This document shows positions 58,322 to 64,000 of a DNA stretch of 64,000 nucleotides, one piece after another. Under the pieces are notes generated by a model. The model ran no database searches and was not told the DNA's origin. It was given only the letters and a program-made list of their open reading frames with translations. Source of the DNA: Nibricoccus sp. (GTDB lineage: Bacteria; Verrucomicrobiota; Verrucomicrobiia; Opitutales; Opitutaceae); assembly GCA_047602425.1 (NCBI GenBank), contig JASGHG010000001.1, forward strand, positions 2,688,001 through 2,752,000. Reading direction: 5' to 3'. The stretch's first letter is position 1; every line of letters begins with the position of its first letter. The translations under genes were made by a program, and so were the position numbers.

Positions 58322-58642
58322 TCAGCTCGGCGAGATCGCGCGGGCGTGTATCCAGAAACGTGAGACAACGAGGGTGTCGCGCTTCAGGTCATAGCCGAAT
58401 TCGGTGTCGATGACCTGCCAGTTGACCGAGGCGCCGTTGCTGTTGTTGGTGCCGGCGGAAGCCAGCGAGCGGAGCCGCTGCCACTCGCGCACAGCCAACA
58501 ATCGTGCAGAGATAAAGGCCTCCTCGATCGTTCGGTAGACACCGCAGGCTTGGGTCTTCTGCATGGGTTTGCCCTCCTCGGTCGGAACCAGGGAGAAATG
58601 CAGGACCGCATACTCTTCAGGACCAAATGGCGTGTCTTTCAT
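58322..58642 (-). CDS. Small hypothetical protein
   Basis: 106 aa; bounded by a sigma-54-like promoter and a terminator. Confidence 0.65.
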   Translation of the reverse strand: MKDTPFGPEEYAVLHFSLVPTEEGKPMQKTQACGVYRTIEEAFISARLLAVREWQRLRSLASAGTNNSNGASVNWQVIDTEFGYDLKRDTLVVSRFWIHARAISPS

Positions 58643-58656
58643 AGCGAAGTGGATTG

Positions 58657-58673
58657 AGCGGGAACTGTGCCAA
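58657..58673 (-). promoter_or_regulatory. Putative sigma-54 promoter
   Basis: TTGGCAC-AGTTC-CCGCT; GG-N10-GC. Confidence 0.55.
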
Positions 58674-58710
58674 TTGACCGCTTCCACGCAAGAAGGTTCG
58701 GCGCGGGCAA

Positions 58711-59463
58711 TCAGGTTTTTCCGAAAAACTCCCAGCAGAGTACGGCGGTTGCCGATGCCACATTCAGGGATTCCACTAAGCCTGTGCCGGGTATGGTGAC
58801 GAGCGTGGAACAGGCCTTGGCGACGTCGGGCGCGAGACCGTGCTCTTCATTGCCCAGCACGAGCGCCACCGGTTTTGCGATCGACGCCGGATCGGTTTTT
58901 GATGCTTTGCGCAACGACACGGCGCCGACCACCGCTGTGCCAATCACGCGATAATGTGCGCCGAGCTCGCGACAGAATGTCGCCAGATTTTTCGCCGCAA
59001 GAATTTCCACATTCTCCAGACCGCCTTCGGAAATGCGGTGCGCCGCTTCGCCGGGCAAGGCCTGTTGCGGATGATCCGCGACGACGATTTGCCTGACGCC
59101 GAAAAACACCGCGGTGCGCGCAATCGCGCCGAGATTGTGGGCGTTGCCGACGCGGTCGAGGATGAGCAGCGGTGCTTTTGCCTGCGCCCACTTGGCGATA
59201 TCGGCCGACGTTGGTGCACGAAGGCCCTGTTGCTCAACGATGGCGACGATGCCCGCGTGGTGCAGCGTTCCCGAAATTTTCTCCAATTCAACTGGTTCGA
59301 CACAGCGGTAGACTTTGCGGGCGGCGGCGAGCGCCTTGCAGATGGCGCCGATTTTGCGACCGGTGGCGTAGTCGAAATAGAGACGCTTGATCGAGGCAGG
59401 ATTGGCTTTGAAACGGGCTTCGACCGTGGCCAGTCCGCAGATGGGGATTTCCTTGGCTTTCAT
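58711..59463 (-). CDS. TrmH/SpoU family RNA methyltransferase
   Basis: LDRVGNAHNLGAIART, LVLGNEEHGL, IPG..VESLNVASA. Confidence 0.93.
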   Translation of the reverse strand: MKAKEIPICGLATVEARFKANPASIKRLYFDYATGRKIGAICKALAAARKVYRCVEPVELEKISGTLHHAGIVAIVEQQGLRAPTSADIAKWAQAKAPLLILDRVGNAHNLGAIARTAVFFGVRQIVVADHPQQALPGEAAHRISEGGLENVEILAAKNLATFCRELGAHYRVIGTAVVGAVSLRKASKTDPASIAKPVALVLGNEEHGLAPDVAKACSTLVTIPGTGLVESLNVASATAVLCWEFFGKT

Positions 59464-60464
59464 GCGTTCACTTCTCCCACGAGGGTAAACTCTTCGCGGT
59501 CGTGATAAAGATGCCGGATGCGCAGCCCGCTCGTACGCGTGGCAAGCACGCCGCCTGGTGCGGAAATTTCGCGCAGCAAAGCCACCGGATCCACGCGGCC
59601 AAATTTCAAGATCACAACAAAACGCCGGCACCAGCCTTGCGCGATCCATGGCTCGATCAAGTTGCGCATCACGTGATGCGGTTCCTCGACCAAATCGCAA
59701 AACAACCAGTCGATCACCTCGCCCTGCGCGGGTTGAAAACGAAACGCGTCCTCACGGCGGTGCTCAATCAACGCATTGTCCAGCGCGCCGCCTTTGAGTG
59801 GGCCGTTGTCGACGGCAATGACACGAGCGCCGCGTTTTGCCGCGCTGTAACTCCAGCCGCCCGGCGCTGCGCCGAGATCGATCACGGTTTCGCCCGGGGC
59901 CGGTTCACGACCGAAAACGACATAGGCTTCCTCGACTTTCAGATATGAACGCGACGGCGCCAGTGGGTCGTCCGCCATGCGGCGCTGTCCGCCGAACACG
60001 CACTCGCGCGCCGCGAAAATCCGACCGAAATCGGCAAAGAAAATGAACAATCCGCGCACCTTGGCCACGCCTCTCGGCTTGTCGGGGGAGGCGAGTTTGG
60101 ACACGCGCGACATGCGTTTACGCAAAAGTTCGCCGAATGCTTTTTCCACGCCGTCCGCCCGGCGGTCGAGGCCATCGAGCCCCGCCGCCATCTCGAAGAT
60201 TAATGGCCACGACGCTTCGAAGCGCTCGGCCTTTGCCGAACTGAGGAAAAAGTCCAAGATTTTGCCCGCGATTCCGTTGACGGTGTCCGCAACGATTTCG
60301 ACTGGGTCGAACAAAACAGCATGGGCAAAACAAAATTCAGGCAGCGGAGAACGCGCTTGCGCCACCCGCAACCAACCCTGCCCAAGCTCGGTCGCCACAA
60401 TGCCATGCCCGCGCAACTCCTTTTCGAGGTGGGTTTCATATCCGGGCTGGCAGCGAAAAATCAT
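59460..60464 (-). CDS. rlmM: RlmM-like 23S rRNA 2'-O-methyltransferase (FtsJ family)
   Basis: CQPGYE, APSRSYLKVEEA, DLGAAPGGWS, WLFCDLVE.P, HLYHDREEFT. Confidence 0.85.
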   Translation of the reverse strand: MIFRCQPGYETHLEKELRGHGIVATELGQGWLRVAQARSPLPEFCFAHAVLFDPVEIVADTVNGIAGKILDFFLSSAKAERFEASWPLIFEMAAGLDGLDRRADGVEKAFGELLRKRMSRVSKLASPDKPRGVAKVRGLFIFFADFGRIFAARECVFGGQRRMADDPLAPSRSYLKVEEAYVVFGREPAPGETVIDLGAAPGGWSYSAAKRGARVIAVDNGPLKGGALDNALIEHRREDAFRFQPAQGEVIDWLFCDLVEEPHHVMRNLIEPWIAQGWCRRFVVILKFGRVDPVALLREISAPGGVLATRTSGLRIRHLYHDREEFTLVGEVNA

Positions 60465-60534
60465 AGGCTTCGATATTCTTCGAACGTGACGCGCCCGCCG
60501 TTTGCGGCGAGGATAAAACCGCAATCCCCGCCGG

Positions 60535-60562
60535 TGAACCATTTCCCTTCACATCGGTCAAA
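60535..60562 (+). promoter_or_regulatory. Putative ECF (RpoE-like) promoter
   Basis: TGAAC-N16-GGTCAAA upstream of the BON gene. Confidence 0.6.
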
Positions 60563-60582
60563 ACTCCAACCGCACTCGCATC

Positions 60583-61065
60583 ATGAAACTCTTTATCTTC
60601 CTTCTCGGCGCCGCGGCTGGCGCGTACGGCTTCTACTATTATCAGACGCGAAATGTCGAAACTCAGCCCAAGAAAGACGCGGCGCATTCGTCGACGACGG
60701 GCACAGGTGAGACGTCGCCTTCCTTTTCCGACCGCGTGAAAGAGGACGCAAAATCCGCGAAGGATACGGTCGGCAAGGAACTGGAGCATGCTGGACAAGT
60801 GGTGAAGACCAAGGCTGTCGAAGTCGGCGCGACGGTTTCCAGCGCGGCCTCCAACGCCCGCATTGTTGGCACGATCAAGGCCAAGTTTGCGCTCGATAAC
60901 GAACTGAAGGCGCGTGCGATCAATGTCGATTGCGACAACGGCCATGTGACCCTGAACGGCACCGTTGCCACAACAGCGCTTATCGACAAAGCCGTCAGAA
61001 TGGCGCTGGAAACTGACGGTGTCACCAAGGTGCAATCCATGCTGACCGTGACGGCGGAGCGGTAA
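60583..61065 (+). CDS. BON domain protein (OsmY-like)
   Basis: N-terminal anchor; I...IKAKF..D...INVD...GHVTLNGTV...GVTKV.S.L. Confidence 0.9.
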   Translation: MKLFIFLLGAAAGAYGFYYYQTRNVETQPKKDAAHSSTTGTGETSPSFSDRVKEDAKSAKDTVGKELEHAGQVVKTKAVEVGATVSSAASNARIVGTIKAKFALDNELKARAINVDCDNGHVTLNGTVATTALIDKAVRMALETDGVTKVQSMLTVTAER

Positions 61066-61162
61066 TTCCCGCGGAAGATCACTATTGTTCGCCTTGTTGG
61101 TGATAGACGGTTTATCGGCGGTCCAGCTCTGCGCTTATGCGTAGAGGACTAGCGCTGCTGAC

Positions 61163-61429
61163 TTACGCGGTTTTGAGCCGCGCTTTCACTGCTGCGAGGT
61201 CGAGGCCGTCAATCTGTACGACTTTTTGGCGGGATTTGTCTCCTTGGACGAGCGTGACGGCGCGGCGATGCAGGCCGAGGGTTTCGGCGACAAATTCGCA
61301 GAGCTCGTCATTGGCCCGGCCTTCGAGCGCGGGAGCGTGGACTTTAACCTTCAACGCATCGCCAAGCCAGCCGGCGATAGCATTTTTCGTCGCATTGGGA
61401 ATGGCTTTGATCGCAAGCCGGCAATTCAT
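61163..61429 (-). CDS. DUF167 (YggU) family protein
   Basis: PNA, LKVKV.APALEGRAN, GDKSRQK. Confidence 0.92.
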   Translation of the reverse strand: MNCRLAIKAIPNATKNAIAGWLGDALKVKVHAPALEGRANDELCEFVAETLGLHRRAVTLVQGDKSRQKVVQIDGLDLAAVKARLKTA

Positions 61430-61444
61430 TTCGCGCGGATTAGT

Positions 61445-62944
61445 TCAAGCGAGCGCTTCGGCAAGTTCGGCGATGATGTCTTCGGCGGGTTCGCAACCGA
61501 GGGAAAGGCGGATGAGCTCAGGGTCGAGTCCGCAGGAAGCCAGTGTTTCGCGCCCGCTTTCGCTGGTGACGAGGTCGTAGTGGGCGAGGAAAATGAAAGG
61601 GCAGACCAGCGTGGTTTTCATGCCGAAGCTTGCGCCCTTGGGCAGGCGCAGCCGGTCGTAGAATTCCGTCAAGGGCATGTCGACGGAGAATGAAATCATG
61701 CTGGCAAAAGCGTCGGAGCGGTGCGCGAGACGCAGGAAGTTCTCGCGCGAATCCGGATGGTGCGACCAGCGCAAATTGCGGATGCGCGGATGTTGGCGAA
61801 GAAATTCTAGGACGATGGGAGCTGTTTCGTTAACGCGCGTAATCACGGTCTGGTAGGCGCCGATTTGCGTGGCCAGCCGGGAAATGTCGCGCGAATAAAC
61901 AGGTTCCAAGTGCGAGGGCAGCTGGCGACGGAACTCATCGGCGAACGGACTCTGCGGATTCACGGCCACGGCCCCCATGATGACGTCGCCTTCGTTGGCG
62001 GCGTACTTGGTCAGGCTGTTCACGGCGATGTCGCAATGCGGCAGCACGTCGATGTTGAGCGGCGAGGCGATCGTGGGATCGACGATGAAGAGCGCTCCGT
62101 TGTTGCGACAGAGTTCGCCGATTGCGGGCAGATCTGTCGTTTGGATTAAGGGATTGGTTGGCGTCTCGGTGATGACGCCTGCGATTTCGCTTCCGCGTTC
62201 CGCAAAGATTTTTTGCAGGGCGGCAAGGTCGAAGACGTCGTAGAGGAAGATGTAGTCGCGCGCGGGATCGGCCGTGAATTTTTTCAGGATGGCGATGGTG
62301 TCGAGGTAGAGCCAGCCGAGTTGGATCCAAACCGTGCGTTTGCGCGGTTTTTGGAGCGCGGAGGCGATCCGGAAGGCGGCGTAGATGGCGTTCATGCCGC
62401 TGCACGCGAGGAAGATGTCCTCGGGGCCCGTGCCGAAGGCTTGGGCGACGGCGGTTTTCACGCGTCCCGGCGCATAGCCATCGAAAGAAGGCTCGTCCTG
62501 CAGAACGGAAATTTCGCCGACGCGCAGCAGGTAGTCCTCCGCTTCCCGGGAGGAAAGGAGAGCGCCGGTGTGTTGCAGGAAAGTTTTGGCGCTGGCGAAC
62601 GTCTCGGCATTTTGAGGGAACGCCACGCCGCTGATTCCTTCATGGTGGATGACCTTTGTTTCGACAGGTTTTAACCACGCTTGGAGCGCCTGCGCGGCGC
62701 CTTGGGAGGCGGTGAGCCAGGCCTGTTGCCCCGCGAGGCCGAGTTGTTTCACGACGTGTTCGGCTGCCTGCTTCAGGTACGGATGTTGCACGAAGCGCGG
62801 GTATCCGGAACACAGGTGGCGCATCGTCTCAGGGGCCTTCGTCTCGTAGCCAATAATATCGCCCATGGTCGGCAGGCTGCAGGAAACGCCATGGACGCTG
62901 GCGGGAATGCGTTTACCGAGAGGAATGTGAGTGAAGGCGGACAT
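61445..62944 (-). CDS. Cys/Met-metabolism PLP enzyme, cystathionine gamma-synthase-like (long Str2-type)
   Basis: SGMNAI, ETPTNPL, VDPT, SLTKY(K-PLP), LIRLSLGCE. Confidence 0.85.
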   Translation of the reverse strand: MSAFTHIPLGKRIPASVHGVSCSLPTMGDIIGYETKAPETMRHLCSGYPRFVQHPYLKQAAEHVVKQLGLAGQQAWLTASQGAAQALQAWLKPVETKVIHHEGISGVAFPQNAETFASAKTFLQHTGALLSSREAEDYLLRVGEISVLQDEPSFDGYAPGRVKTAVAQAFGTGPEDIFLACSGMNAIYAAFRIASALQKPRKRTVWIQLGWLYLDTIAILKKFTADPARDYIFLYDVFDLAALQKIFAERGSEIAGVITETPTNPLIQTTDLPAIGELCRNNGALFIVDPTIASPLNIDVLPHCDIAVNSLTKYAANEGDVIMGAVAVNPQSPFADEFRRQLPSHLEPVYSRDISRLATQIGAYQTVITRVNETAPIVLEFLRQHPRIRNLRWSHHPDSRENFLRLAHRSDAFASMISFSVDMPLTEFYDRLRLPKGASFGMKTTLVCPFIFLAHYDLVTSESGRETLASCGLDPELIRLSLGCEPAEDIIAELAEALA

Positions 62945-63067
62945 TGGCTGCGAAGTGAAACGAGGAAGTAGACATGCCTAGCCACTGGGCGGCGGCAGGC
63001 GAACAAAAAGACAGCGATCGCAGTTTGCCTTTGCGCGCCCGGTGCATTTCATGGCGCTTTTTCCCGC

Positions 63068-63826
63068 ATGAAACTTGTCTCGTGGAACGTGAATGGCGTG
63101 CGCGCCGTGCTTAAAAAGGATTTGTTGAAGATCATGGATGCTTTTGACGCTGACGTGATTTGTTTTCAGGAAACCAAGGCGCATCCAGGCGATGTGCAGC
63201 ATGTAGCCTGGGCGCATGGCTACGAGGCGTTTTGGAACTCGGCGGTGAAAAAAGGCTACAGCGGCACGGTCGTCTTCACGCGGGAAAAACCGCTCAACGT
63301 GACGAATGGCATTGGTTCGGCCGCGCATGACGGCGAGGGGCGCGTGATCACCGTGGAGTTTGCCGATTTTTATCTGGTTAACGTCTACCAGCCGAATTCG
63401 CAGCGCGGGCTCACGCGGCTCGACTACCGCGTGAAGGAATGGGATCCGGCCTTCCGCGCCTACCTCAAGAAGCTCGACAAGAAAAAGCCGGTGGTCTTTT
63501 GCGGCGATCTCAACGTGGCGCACACCGAGATCGATCTGGCCAATCCGAAGACCAACCGTCGCAACGCCGGATTCACCGACGAGGAGCGCGCGAGTTTTTC
63601 CGCGCTGCTGGCCGAGGGGTTTGTCGATACGTTTCGCGAGTTCGAAAAAGGCCCCGGCCATTATACTTGGTGGAGCCAGATGGCCAACTGCCGGGCGCGC
63701 AACATTGGGTGGCGCGTCGATTACTTTGTCGCTAGCGAAAGGTTTAAGCCATCGCTTAAGAAGGCATTTATCAGTCCCGACGTGATGGGCAGCGACCATT
63801 GCCCGGTCGGATTGGAGTTGAAATGA
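63068..63826 (+). CDS. xth: Exodeoxyribonuclease III / AP endonuclease
   Basis: SWNVNG.RA, QETK, GDLNVAH, YTWWS, GWRVDYF, GSDHCPV. Confidence 0.96.
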   Translation: MKLVSWNVNGVRAVLKKDLLKIMDAFDADVICFQETKAHPGDVQHVAWAHGYEAFWNSAVKKGYSGTVVFTREKPLNVTNGIGSAAHDGEGRVITVEFADFYLVNVYQPNSQRGLTRLDYRVKEWDPAFRAYLKKLDKKKPVVFCGDLNVAHTEIDLANPKTNRRNAGFTDEERASFSALLAEGFVDTFREFEKGPGHYTWWSQMANCRARNIGWRVDYFVASERFKPSLKKAFISPDVMGSDHCPVGLELK

Positions 63827-64000
63827 AGAATGTGCGCACGCTGCCGCAGGAATTGAAGCACCTGATGCTGGCCGCGCCGAAGCTCACGCTTGGCGTGGCT
63901 GAAAGCCTGACCTGTGGAAATTTACAGGCGAAGATTGGTTCGGTTTCGGGTGCATCGGAGTTTTTTTGCGGCGGGCTGACGGCCTACGCGTTGGAACAGA
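63823..64000 (+). CDS. CinA C-terminal/PncC family protein (partial, runs off the window)
   Basis: Own translation: MKNVRTLPQELKHLMLAAPKLTLGVAESLTCG...VSGASEFFCGGLTAY. Confidence 0.85.
   Translation, partial: MKNVRTLPQELKHLMLAAPKLTLGVAESLTCGNLQAKIGSVSGASEFFCGGLTAYALEQ

Noticed and set aside
62945..63067. SAM riboswitch upstream of the Cys/Met enzyme
   Set aside because: No SAM-I core sequences; short divergent promoter region
1..64000. tRNA, rRNA, tmRNA, IS elements, prophage or defence genes
   Set aside because: None recognised by eye; GGTTCGA hits lie inside CDSs or lack cloverleaf context. tRNAscan-SE and Infernal would be needed to exclude them formally

Overview
Gene-dense, GC-rich bacterial chromosome segment. 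Gene content and style (stand-alone SWIB protein, Sel1-coiled-coil-LysM protein, Str2-type PLP enzyme, many secreted hypotheticals) suggest Verrucomicrobiota, probably Opitutae; this is inference, not a lookup. It holds about 58 protein genes, mostly housekeeping, transport and envelope functions (hppA, Hsp20 pair, can, mgtE, ABC exporter pair, hybrid kinase, PPK2, lysA-panB-gpsA, amtB, namZ, glycerate kinase, RND pump, copA, rlmM, xth). I found no rRNA, tRNA, CRISPR array or transposase. Main points of interest: (1) a five-gene envelope cluster (Gly-zipper/GYH-rich protein, LpoB-like, YcfL-like, a second CsgG/LpoB-fold protein, COG3014-like lipoprotein) behind an ECF-type promoter; (2) a VIT-vWA protein with a GlyGly-CTERM tail directly followed by a rhombosortase; (3) an ECF sigma factor with an apparent anti-sigma/periplasmic metal-sensor (CnrY/CnrX-like) fusion; (4) a CorE-like Cys-rich ECF sigma factor next to copA; (5) five ECF-like promoters with identical N16 spacing; (6) several intergenic palindromic elements. 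Four clear and one possible single-base frameshifts in otherwise intact genes suggest indel errors in the assembly. All product calls are from motif recognition only.
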